Below are positions 38,538 through 47,357 of a stretch of DNA of 64,000 nt, in pieces (position 1 is the stretch's first letter; each line of letters opens with the position of its first letter). The position numbers and the translations under genes were made by a program. The notes below the pieces were generated by a model. It made no database searches and was not told where the DNA came from. It was given only the letters and a program-made list of their open reading frames with translations. This DNA is from an uncultured Pseudobdellovibrionaceae bacterium (lineage in GTDB: Bacteria > Bdellovibrionota_B > Oligoflexia > Oligoflexales > Bog-1112), in the NCBI GenBank assembly GCA_964611335.1, contig CAZSXR010000003.1, forward strand, positions 461,265 to 525,264. The letters run 5' to 3'.

Positions 38538-39283
38538 GTTTGCATGGATTTCAAACAGCTCTTGCGGCTATTATTCGTCATCCTCGATTGAAATATAAAT
38601 GGGAACCTGAAGTGTTTTTCAAAAATTTTGAATTGAGTGGATCCGAGCGCAAAATTATTGAAACACTATCCCAGCATAAAGAATTAAATAAATACGGTAA
38701 AGACCAAGCTAACGGTCGTCTGGAAGTCATGTACAACCACTGTGATCGTGTTCCTAGACAGATACCTGATAGGGTTTTGAAAAATATCTGGTTTGATCTT
38801 TTCGAGCCAACAATTATGAAAACGCCAGGAGATCTTAAAGGTTCCTTCGAAACATCTCTCGCTTTTTTGAACTTTCTTGCAACAGATAAAGAAGCTCGTA
38901 AGCGACTGAAACGATCTGCTCCCTATTTTATTTTTGATCTTATTAAATTTGAAATTGCAGAATTGGAACTTTCTCGTCCTATTTTATTGGATGCTCCTTT
39001 GAAAGCAGAAAGTGTGCTTTCTCACCCTCACTTCCGCGTTATAGACCTCGAATTTGATGTTCCAGCTTGGCTAGCATCTTCGGAAGATGAAGATGAAATG
39101 AAATTTGAACGTTCTATGACGCTTGTTTTTGTAAAAGGGTCTGAATCCTATCCTAAAATTTTTGAAATTACACCGGAATATAGAAATTTCTTGCTTAGTC
39201 AAATATCAGGTGAGCAGAGTATAGATATGAGTGTTGCGATGAAATCAGATCTCGTAAAGATGGGACTTATTCTTCAGCACTAG
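38534..39283 (+). CDS. MNIO partner protein, DUF2063/MbnC-like (putative precursor-binding subunit)
   Basis: The start overlaps the DUF692 stop (ATGA at 38534-38537). N-terminal LHGFQTALAAIIRHP resembles the DUF2063 N-terminus. The position matches the partner gene of known DUF692 systems. The family call is tentative. Confidence 0.5.
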   Translation: MSLHGFQTALAAIIRHPRLKYKWEPEVFFKNFELSGSERKIIETLSQHKELNKYGKDQANGRLEVMYNHCDRVPRQIPDRVLKNIWFDLFEPTIMKTPGDLKGSFETSLAFLNFLATDKEARKRLKRSAPYFIFDLIKFEIAELELSRPILLDAPLKAESVLSHPHFRVIDLEFDVPAWLASSEDEDEMKFERSMTLVFVKGSESYPKIFEITPEYRNFLLSQISGEQSIDMSVAMKSDLVKMGLILQH

Positions 39284-41156
39284 TAATTCCCAATATTGCG
39301 AAAAAAACTTCGTTGTCAACAAACGCTGTATCGTTATCTTTCAACCCTCCTTGCGTGTACCATAAATCCTCAAGAACATTCCATCGGAAGACTTTCTTGT
39401 AGATATTGGTGATATCATCTGAGGCTTTTGAACACTGCTCTTGTCCTTTACATTCGGGTGCTTCTTTGTAAACTTCCATAAGCTGTCTCTCTAAAAACGC
39501 TTGTCCTCTGTAAAACTGAATGAAGGATTTAGGTAATAAAACCCCTAATTTTATAGCGCGATCGAAGAGTTCTTTGGCTTGATTGAGACCTGGGATTTTA
39601 GAAGCGGAATAGGAGTGAATCAATGCATTCACGTCTTCTTTTCTTACTCCCTCTTTCCAAGTCATAGCACCTTTGAGCCCATCTCCAATCAAACGTGCGT
39701 TCCCAAAAGAGATACCTAAAATAATTTTAAACAAAGATTTTGCTTCTTCTAAACTAAATTCACCCACACTTCCAAAGTCGATCAGAGTGAGCGTATATTT
39801 TGTAGGATTTTTGGTATCAGCATCTAAAAACACGTTGCCAGGATGCAGGTCTGCATGAAATACATGTTTACCAAAAATAGCTTCTCGAACCCACACATAC
39901 AATAATTGACTCAAGGCTTCTTTTTTAATTTTGTAAAATTCAGGGCCGAAATTTTGAATGCTTGATCCTTTAGCGCAATTTAAAAAAAGAACTTTAGATG
40001 TGGATTTTAGTTCCGAAACTTCACGATTAATTTTTAGATGGCCTTTTATTTGTCCATCGTAGAAAGATCCTTTGTGAATATTTTCGAGCTCGGTCAGAAA
40101 ATTCAATTCCTCAGTTAAAGCTTCTTCAAGATCTTTGATGAATTTTAAAATACTCTGATCTTCTGTGAGATTGCGGAGAACTGCGAATTCCCCTTCTGCT
40201 TTTTTATCAATTCCCGGTCTTTGAACTTTAATAATAACTTTCTGCCCCTTTAAATCTTCTACTAAATAAACCTGACCTACACTCGCTGCTGCTAGAGGCT
40301 TATCTGGAAAAGTTTTAAATACCGTTTCAAAAGAAACACCCATTTCCTGTTCTATAATCTCTTTTGCGAGAGGATTGGGAAACGCTTTGATGTTCTGTCT
40401 CAGTCTATTTAATACCTGTGTTAGTGCAGGTGAATTGACATCATTGCTAAACAATTGAAATGCTTTTTGAAGGACAGGACCGCAGTGATTTAAAATGACG
40501 CCAAGAACTTCTTGAGGTTCAGCATTTTCTTCAAGTAGGAGCACATCCGCCAATATAGAGCGTTTAGTTCCCATATCAAGTGCGTCAAAATATTTTTCTA
40601 AAACAAGTTGCAGGAAGTTTTTAAAAGCTTCAGGAACCTGGCTCAGATCGACTCCCTGTTCAGGACTCAGCAGCATAGTAATGGCTGTTGTTTTTGAAAA
40701 GTTAAAGTTCTTTACGGAAATATTGATAAGGGCGTCTAATTCCTCCAGAAGCGTGTCATCGAGAAGAGAACATATTTGAATCTGGGATAGAAAATTATAG
40801 GAAGCTCCTAAAAATTGGGAAGACAAAGAAGAAATTTGATTACCTGCAAGGGCGAGTAGGAGAGAGTTTAAAAGGGAATTATCACCTGATCCTTTTAAAA
40901 GTTCTTTGAGTCTTTTATCTTTTGCGATTTCATTCAGTGTTTGAGGATCTTTCAAGTAAAGCGCAACATCTCGAGTATCGCGAGTCAAAATATGTCTATA
41001 GGCTTTGTAAACTTCTTCTTTGGATCCGAGCCGGTCTTCACGAACGGCTACGAGTTTGGAGAGAAATTTTTGGAGTACATACTGTGGACTTTCCGCCTTG
41101 AGTGAAAAGGGAATAACAATAAAACTCAGAAGGTACAAAATACGCATGATTTTCAT
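39267..41156 (-). CDS. ABC1/UbiB-family atypical protein kinase with an N-terminal signal peptide
   Basis: AAASVGQVYLVE...KVIIKVQRPGI, FHADLHPGNVFL and LIDFGSVG are ABC1/aarF motifs. The N-terminus MKIMRILYLLSFIVIPFSLKA looks like a Sec signal. Confidence 0.78.
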   Translation of the reverse strand: MKIMRILYLLSFIVIPFSLKAESPQYVLQKFLSKLVAVREDRLGSKEEVYKAYRHILTRDTRDVALYLKDPQTLNEIAKDKRLKELLKGSGDNSLLNSLLLALAGNQISSLSSQFLGASYNFLSQIQICSLLDDTLLEELDALINISVKNFNFSKTTAITMLLSPEQGVDLSQVPEAFKNFLQLVLEKYFDALDMGTKRSILADVLLLEENAEPQEVLGVILNHCGPVLQKAFQLFSNDVNSPALTQVLNRLRQNIKAFPNPLAKEIIEQEMGVSFETVFKTFPDKPLAAASVGQVYLVEDLKGQKVIIKVQRPGIDKKAEGEFAVLRNLTEDQSILKFIKDLEEALTEELNFLTELENIHKGSFYDGQIKGHLKINREVSELKSTSKVLFLNCAKGSSIQNFGPEFYKIKKEALSQLLYVWVREAIFGKHVFHADLHPGNVFLDADTKNPTKYTLTLIDFGSVGEFSLEEAKSLFKIILGISFGNARLIGDGLKGAMTWKEGVRKEDVNALIHSYSASKIPGLNQAKELFDRAIKLGVLLPKSFIQFYRGQAFLERQLMEVYKEAPECKGQEQCSKASDDITNIYKKVFRWNVLEDLWYTQGGLKDNDTAFVDNEVFFAILGITSAEE

Positions 41157-42412
41157 TCTCCCTCAAACTTAAATAATGGAAGCAGATCATCGATATAAAC
41201 TTCCACGTTTGGTACGTTTGCATCTGGTGCGAGAGTGAGATGAGAATCTTTCCATCTCATAAAAAAACATTCCACCTTTGCGTTGCGTTTCACAACACAG
41301 ACTTCTTCGTTGAAATGTGCAATTTGAACGAGGGGACTTAGATCGGCAAGTTGCGTATTTACAGGAGTGGTGTTGGAGGGACCCCATATATGGGATAGAC
41401 CATTTTTACTAATTGAAAATCCTATATGAGCTCCCATTGCCATATAGATAATGGGACCAACTCTGTCAGGAAGGTGTAGGTTTGATGCGTAGGATCCCCA
41501 GCATTTCAGAGTGTCGTCTTCTAAAATAGCACAGGTATTGTATTCGCCTGAAAAAGCGCGCAAGACGGTATTAATGTCTTTAGGTATTTTCGTGGCACTC
41601 TCACTATTTTTTGATCCCCAACACCTTGGATGCATATCTTTATCGGTAACACAGACATGATGGTAACCAAGAGAAAATTGTGTAATAGGTCCTAAATCTT
41701 TAGGAATCGCTAAAACGTTTACCTCTAATTTTTCACCCCAAGCTTTTAAAACTCTGCTCTCTTCGAGTACGTAGGTCACATGAGGAACAGCAGAAACTTG
41801 CACGACTTTTCCTAGGTCGAGTGGAACTTCTCTTTCAATTTGACCCCAAGTGTAAACTTTCCCTTCTTCGGAGAGAGCACTTATATGATAGGAACCTGCT
41901 GATATTTCTTTGAGAGGGCCCATATTTTTAGGCATAATTTTGTTCGTTTCGGATTCTTCCTGAATCGACTTAGGTCCCCAACAGACCGCTTTTCGTTCTT
42001 TGTCAATGATGCATTTTTGACCCTCACTTATAGCAATACGTTGTGGGATATGACCGTTGTAATAACTGGTTTCTATTTTAGTTTGATCACGTTTCTCTTT
42101 GTCCTGTTTCTTTTTATTTATAAATTCTTGAATCCATATTTTTATATCTTCAATATCGAGTTCTTTTAATAAATGTTCTTCGAAAGTATCGTGATGCAGC
42201 GATCTTTCCGAGTCGCAGTGTTTTTGTTCGCAGTCTATGGGGTTAATCAGATTATTTTCTTTTATATGCTCTGCAAAAGATGTGAGTTCATCTTCTTCTA
42301 TAATTTTTAATTCGAAGAGTTGCGCAAAATAAGCTGTAAATTCTATAACAGGATTGTTTTGTGCGTTTGCAAGAAGGAATATACTTAGAAAGTAGAAAAT
42401 GCTTTTTTTCAT
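41153..42412 (-). CDS. Secreted RCC1-like repeat (beta-propeller) protein, paralogue A
   Basis: Signal MKKSIFYFLSIFLLANA. Periodic motifs CWGP, YTWGQ, KAWGE, RCWGS, KCWGS, HIWGP roughly every 45-50 aa. The N-terminal helical domain is shared with paralogue B. Confidence 0.6.
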   Translation of the reverse strand: MKKSIFYFLSIFLLANAQNNPVIEFTAYFAQLFELKIIEEDELTSFAEHIKENNLINPIDCEQKHCDSERSLHHDTFEEHLLKELDIEDIKIWIQEFINKKKQDKEKRDQTKIETSYYNGHIPQRIAISEGQKCIIDKERKAVCWGPKSIQEESETNKIMPKNMGPLKEISAGSYHISALSEEGKVYTWGQIEREVPLDLGKVVQVSAVPHVTYVLEESRVLKAWGEKLEVNVLAIPKDLGPITQFSLGYHHVCVTDKDMHPRCWGSKNSESATKIPKDINTVLRAFSGEYNTCAILEDDTLKCWGSYASNLHLPDRVGPIIYMAMGAHIGFSISKNGLSHIWGPSNTTPVNTQLADLSPLVQIAHFNEEVCVVKRNAKVECFFMRWKDSHLTLAPDANVPNVEVYIDDLLPLFKFEGE

Positions 42413-42575
42413 CTAGGTCTCCCAAAATCGCAACATGGAAGAAGATCTTCTATGTAAAGTTCTAAATTCTTAGGTGCTTGGTATTCATTGCTTCATAAAG
42501 ATCTTTCTTTGTTTTTCTTTCATACAAAAAGAAATCTACAAACCTTACTTTAAGAAAGATTTAAAATTGAATGCT
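42409..42575 (-). pseudogene. Frameshifted relic of the 3' end of a third RCC1-like paralogue
   Basis: On the minus strand one frame reads KVRFVDFFLYERKTKKDLYEAMNTKHLRI*, and a shifted frame reads PKNLELYIEDLLPCCDFGRPR*. Compare VECFFMRWK...VEVYIDDLLPLFKFEGE and PKELEIYIDDLLQKFK at the ends of the intact copies. Confidence 0.45.
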
Positions 42576-43832
42576 TTATTTAAATTTTTGGAGTAAGTCA
42601 TCGATATATATTTCTAACTCCTTAGGGGGAACAGGCATCTCCGTGTTAAGAAATACTTTTTGGTTTTTTCTTCCATTCACAGTTTCGTATCCGATATCGA
42701 AACCAAAACAATGAATTTTTGCCTTTGCATCGACTACACAGATTTGGGACGTCGAAGTGTACATGTAAACAATCGGGCTTAGAGCTTTTAAAAGGGGATC
42801 TAATTCAACAGGTAAACCTGAAGACCAACATTTCGGGACGCCATCTTTTTGAAGTGCGCAGGAATAAAATCGATCAGTAGCGATTTGAACCACAGGTCCC
42901 AAATCGGCTGGTGGTATAGATTCTCCCCATAAGCCACGTCCCCAGCATTCTACTTTTCCGTTTTCTAATAAAGCACAAGAGTGAAAAGTAGCGGCTGAAA
43001 TTTGTTTTAATGATCCAAGATTTGAAGGAATATCTTTTTGTTTGAAATCATTTTTTCCAAAACAGTGTCCATTCATATTGATATCGAGAGCACAAGCATG
43101 TTCTTCGCCAACAGAAATTTGAAAAAAAGTTTGATCAGAGGGTAGGGTTGCGTCATGGTAGTTATTAGAATCCAAAGATAAAGCTCTTCCTGTCTCATCC
43201 AGTACGTAGCTTACACGAGGACCTGAAGAGATTTGCACAATTTTAAGAGGTTGTGAGGATATTTTCCTAACACCCTTATAATTCCCCCAACTCTGTATGT
43301 CACCGCTTTCTTCCAAGGCGAAGAAAATTGAATCTTCAAAAGAGATTTCTTTAATATTCTTAGATGTGGGTATATTTCCTTTAGCACTTGGTCCCCAACA
43401 TACAATTTTGTGTTCTTTATCTATTGCGCAGGTATTTTCAGACCATCCTGCTACGCGTTGGGGCATGTTTCTTTTCCAAAGTGATTGAGTTTCTTCTTTC
43501 ATTTCATTGCGTTTTTGTTCATCTTGCTTTCTTCTTCTTAGAAAATTCTGAAGCCATATTTTAAGACTTTCTAAATCCAAGTCTTTTTCAAGATGTGATT
43601 CGAGCATTTCATAGTGGAGTGTTCTATCGGAATTACAGTGCTTGATTGTGCAGTTTATCGGATTGATAAGGTCATTTTTATCTAAATTGTCTGCGAAACT
43701 TATGATCTCTTCATCTGTAATTACTTTAATTTCAAGTAATTGCTTAATATAAGCTTCGAATGCTACTGTGGACTCTTCAAGAGTATTTCCAAGCATGAGT
43801 ATGCTTAAAATTAAAATTAATTTTTTCATCAT
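42576..43832 (-). CDS. Secreted RCC1-like repeat (beta-propeller) protein, paralogue B
   Basis: Signal MMKKLILILSILMLGNT. Motifs VCWGP, QSWGN, HCFGK, ECWGR and KCWSS. The N-terminal ~110 aa is clearly homologous to paralogue A (INPI(N/D)C..KHC(N/D)S(D/E)R(T/S)LH). Confidence 0.6.
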   Translation of the reverse strand: MMKKLILILSILMLGNTLEESTVAFEAYIKQLLEIKVITDEEIISFADNLDKNDLINPINCTIKHCNSDRTLHYEMLESHLEKDLDLESLKIWLQNFLRRRKQDEQKRNEMKEETQSLWKRNMPQRVAGWSENTCAIDKEHKIVCWGPSAKGNIPTSKNIKEISFEDSIFFALEESGDIQSWGNYKGVRKISSQPLKIVQISSGPRVSYVLDETGRALSLDSNNYHDATLPSDQTFFQISVGEEHACALDINMNGHCFGKNDFKQKDIPSNLGSLKQISAATFHSCALLENGKVECWGRGLWGESIPPADLGPVVQIATDRFYSCALQKDGVPKCWSSGLPVELDPLLKALSPIVYMYTSTSQICVVDAKAKIHCFGFDIGYETVNGRKNQKVFLNTEMPVPPKELEIYIDDLLQKFK

Positions 43833-46800
43833 TTCTCCACTCCACCTGCATAGTTTAAGAAGTGACGAAGCTGTTCCTGTTCGATGTCGTCGAACTCATT
43901 GAGTGGGATTCTTGTTAAAGTTTCCATATGAATCATCAGATCGTCGCAAACTTTTTCCAGAAGAGACCTATTTTTGAAAATATAGGATTTTGCAAAAATA
44001 CGGAGACGTTCTAAATGCTGAGCCAAAGGACGATTGTGTTTTATGTTTTTCCAAGACAAACTTTCCAAGTCTTTGTAGTATTGTAAAGGCAATTTGTGAG
44101 TCTTATTTATATCCTTGGCACGTTCCGATAGTAAAATCGCAAGTCGACTGGCTTCTTGAAGTTGTATAGAAACATTCGAACTCAAAGAAGATGTTGAGTG
44201 CTCAGTATAAAGAACGCTGCTGTCGACTTTTAAATCTTTTTTTGCTGCATCAAACAAATAACTATGCATAAGTTCTCTTGTAAACTCACTATAGAATCCA
44301 TTTTCAAAGCCAATGCTGCGTGAGTCCATTGCAAATTTGATAAGATCCTGATTGGTGTCTCCAATCGCTATAAACATAGCTTGAACAGGTGTTCTGCGAT
44401 CTATTGCGTTTCTAGCTTTTGTGAGTTCTTCGAGATTGACTTGTGAACCACCGTCGGACATCAGAACGATATTGGCAGCCGCAAGAGGCTCGCCTGCACG
44501 TTTTTCTGCGTCTGCAATAAGTGCAAGGGCCTGTATCATTGCTTTTTGAATGTCGGTTCCTCCACCGGCTCTAGCAAGTTTTGAAGCATAATTGTGTATG
44601 AGATCCAAAGCTTCTTGAGTCGTTGTGATACGTGTGGGTTCTCCAGGTTTGTCATCGAAAGGAATCAGAAGAACGCGATGCTTGTGATGTCCACTTGCAG
44701 AAATTTCACTTAAAGCACGAGCAGTGAAGGCAGAAATAAGACCTGCCTGAAATTTTGCAGGATCTCCACCCATACTTCCTGAAATGTCATAAAGCACAAT
44801 CGTGATTTTTTCCGAGTCTTCTTTTCCTCGTCCCGTAGGAAGCTGCAGGTGTTTACGGCGTGTCATAACATAAGCAGTATTTTCTTTAATATTATCTTCG
44901 ATACTGAGACCGGGTTGCATCAAGATAGCCCGTGCCATTTCCGCAAATCTTTGCAGAGGCATAAGATTGCGTCCCATAGGTCGAGGAAGGTCTCTTAGCC
45001 ATGAAAGCACTTCTTGAAACTCAGGGCGTGGAGTTGAACTCATAATAAAATCTGTAACAGGATATAAGCTTGCAAGTAGACGCAAGTCGTACATTTTTCC
45101 TTCGTGCATCAGTCTTGCTATTTCTTTAGTCGGAGCATTCGGACCTACAGTTTTTAAACTGTATTGCTGCTGTAAGTAGTTTTGAACTAAAGGAGGAAGA
45201 CTATCATAGAAAGCTTTGACGGCTGAAATCTCTTGAGAATCGACGTGTGATAAACCATAAATTTCGGACTGAACTTTATTCAAAGCATGGATCAAAGCAC
45301 TTGCAAGAGCTCTATCTGTTTCTTCATCCAGTACACTTGTAAAAAACTCTACTGACTTTTTAGCTCTGTAAACATCTTTGTAAGTGCTTGCTAAATCTCT
45401 TTTATTTAACATCAGGTCCGTATAACGGATCCAATTTTCCAAATTTTCATGTTCATTTTCATGGATACGTAAAGCTCCGTTATAAATTTCTTCAAGTTTG
45501 TTATCTTTTACACTTCTAAACAAAGATTTCGCCTTATTGAGAAGGTCCAAAGTCACACTCCCCTTATTGTTGGGATCGAGTATAACTTGCAAAAGAACAC
45601 GCAAAGCACGTTCACGGAATGGATTCCGCTCGGGACTCGGTTCGAGTTCCAAAGAACCCAATTCTAGTTTGCTTGCAAGTTCTTCGGAATTTATGTCGGA
45701 GAGTGCGTCTTTCTTATCTTTTGTATCCTCTGTTTTTGTTGAGTTCTTGTCTTTTGCAAAATCTTTAAGACGATCTTCCGTATCTTTTTTCAACTGCTCT
45801 TCTTTGGAAAGAGGTTTGTCCCTCTTTTCATCTCCTTTTGCCTGAGAGTCTGGAGTCCCATCTTTAGAATCTTTGTCTTCTTCCGGTGGCTCTACAAGAG
45901 GATTGGGAAGATCTCTATCAGAATATTCATCTTTTTCCCCCTCTTCGTCTTGTTTATCTTTCTTGTCTTTTTTTACAGGGGTTGGATCGAAAGGAATCCA
46001 ACGACCTTCATTATAAACTTCAACCCATGCGTGAGCTTCCCCAGGCATTACCAAATAACTTTTTTTGTCAGCGCCATTTTTATGTTTTTTTGCTCTGAAT
46101 CCACCCACCACTCGAGAAGGAATTTTATAGACATCACGAAGCAAGGACACCATTGTGTAAGCAGCCATATCACATTGAAAGGCCCCCGCTTCGAGTGCTT
46201 TGATGGGATCTGTTTCTGAACGTTCTCCGACACTGTACAGGTATTTGCTTGCAATATGTGCTGCGATTGCTTGAGAAAGATGTTCTACATTTTTTGTATG
46301 ATCTTCCTCAGGTTTGAAAGCTTGGAACAGAGTTGTTTTTATCAAACTTGGCCACTCTTCCAGTTTAAAACCTACAGGACGTGTGTAGATTTCTAACAAA
46401 GGTGGTGACAGTGTTTCGAGAGTTGAAGAACTCAAAGGTATAATCACTTCATCTAATTCTGTACTCATCGTGAGATCATAAGAACCCTTTGTGTTTCTAA
46501 GGACCTCCACTCTCGGATCTGAAGCCTGCAAAGGCTTATAGGAAGGAGGGAGAAAGATGCGTACCTTTTTATTTCCGTATGTATGAAGAATCAGCTGTGC
46601 ATTCGAATCTTTGTTAGTAGAAGGATTTTGAAAAATACCAGGAAGATTTGCTTCCTGAAGGGGATATTGTGCACCTCTTATAATTTCAGAAAAATACCTT
46701 TGACCAAAGTAAGGTGTTTCAAAATTCACTTCCGCAACTATATATTGATCTTCTTTTTCACCTTTACTCTTATCTTTTTCCGTGTCTTTAGTATTGGGCT

Positions 46801-47344
46801 TGTATTTGTCTGGGGTTTCGGGATAACGAGGCTTTTGTTTTTGCTTATCCCCTTTTGTATTTTCATCTTTTGTATCTTGGTCATCTTTTTTATTTTCGTC
46901 GTTTGATTTGTCAGATTCTTCTACAGCTTCGAAGCGTTGTAGATATTGAGAAAGAAATTGCAGTGCTAGAAGATTGGATTGCAAGTCAATTTGTGGGCAA
47001 CGTTTGCGAGTAATAAGGTTTGTCGAATCGCTAATAACTTCGTTAATCAGCTTTTTGTCGAGAGCTGTCTCCGAAGCTATGAAATTCTTCAGTGCAAAGT
47101 TGACCCTTGAAAGAGAGCTGCGCTGATTCATGCGTTCGAAAAGTGCTTTGCCGCTTTCTATCGAGAAGACTCGCGCAAAGGGATCGTGATGTGGAAACAA
47201 ACGCGTTGTATAAGCTTGGATGAGTATTTTTATTTTGGAGGAAGCTTCTCTTAGCTCAGAGTCGTTATTCTCAAGAGCAAAAGACAAATCTCTAAGAAAA
47301 AAAATGAAGATTAAAAAAAATATTTTCAAGCATCTACAACGCAT
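43829..47344 (-). CDS. Giant exported protein: transglutaminase-like cysteine protease core plus a C-terminal von Willebrand factor A domain
   Basis: TGase triad context GAFQCDMAAY, GEAHAWVEVYNEGRWIPFDPTP. vWA MIDAS ITIVLYDISGSMGG and VLMSDGGS. Two Lys/Asp/Glu-rich disordered linkers. N-terminal hydrophobic signal/anchor. Start is ATG 47344 (after GAGGGG) or GTG 47356. Confidence 0.72.
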   Translation of the reverse strand: MRCRCLKIFFLIFIFFLRDLSFALENNDSELREASSKIKILIQAYTTRLFPHHDPFARVFSIESGKALFERMNQRSSLSRVNFALKNFIASETALDKKLINEVISDSTNLITRKRCPQIDLQSNLLALQFLSQYLQRFEAVEESDKSNDENKKDDQDTKDENTKGDKQKQKPRYPETPDKYKPNTKDTEKDKSKGEKEDQYIVAEVNFETPYFGQRYFSEIIRGAQYPLQEANLPGIFQNPSTNKDSNAQLILHTYGNKKVRIFLPPSYKPLQASDPRVEVLRNTKGSYDLTMSTELDEVIIPLSSSTLETLSPPLLEIYTRPVGFKLEEWPSLIKTTLFQAFKPEEDHTKNVEHLSQAIAAHIASKYLYSVGERSETDPIKALEAGAFQCDMAAYTMVSLLRDVYKIPSRVVGGFRAKKHKNGADKKSYLVMPGEAHAWVEVYNEGRWIPFDPTPVKKDKKDKQDEEGEKDEYSDRDLPNPLVEPPEEDKDSKDGTPDSQAKGDEKRDKPLSKEEQLKKDTEDRLKDFAKDKNSTKTEDTKDKKDALSDINSEELASKLELGSLELEPSPERNPFRERALRVLLQVILDPNNKGSVTLDLLNKAKSLFRSVKDNKLEEIYNGALRIHENEHENLENWIRYTDLMLNKRDLASTYKDVYRAKKSVEFFTSVLDEETDRALASALIHALNKVQSEIYGLSHVDSQEISAVKAFYDSLPPLVQNYLQQQYSLKTVGPNAPTKEIARLMHEGKMYDLRLLASLYPVTDFIMSSTPRPEFQEVLSWLRDLPRPMGRNLMPLQRFAEMARAILMQPGLSIEDNIKENTAYVMTRRKHLQLPTGRGKEDSEKITIVLYDISGSMGGDPAKFQAGLISAFTARALSEISASGHHKHRVLLIPFDDKPGEPTRITTTQEALDLIHNYASKLARAGGGTDIQKAMIQALALIADAEKRAGEPLAAANIVLMSDGGSQVNLEELTKARNAIDRRTPVQAMFIAIGDTNQDLIKFAMDSRSIGFENGFYSEFTRELMHSYLFDAAKKDLKVDSSVLYTEHSTSSLSSNVSIQLQEASRLAILLSERAKDINKTHKLPLQYYKDLESLSWKNIKHNRPLAQHLERLRIFAKSYIFKNRSLLEKVCDDLMIHMETLTRIPLNEFDDIEQEQLRHFLNYAGGVEK

Positions 47345-47357
47345 GAGACCCCTCACC

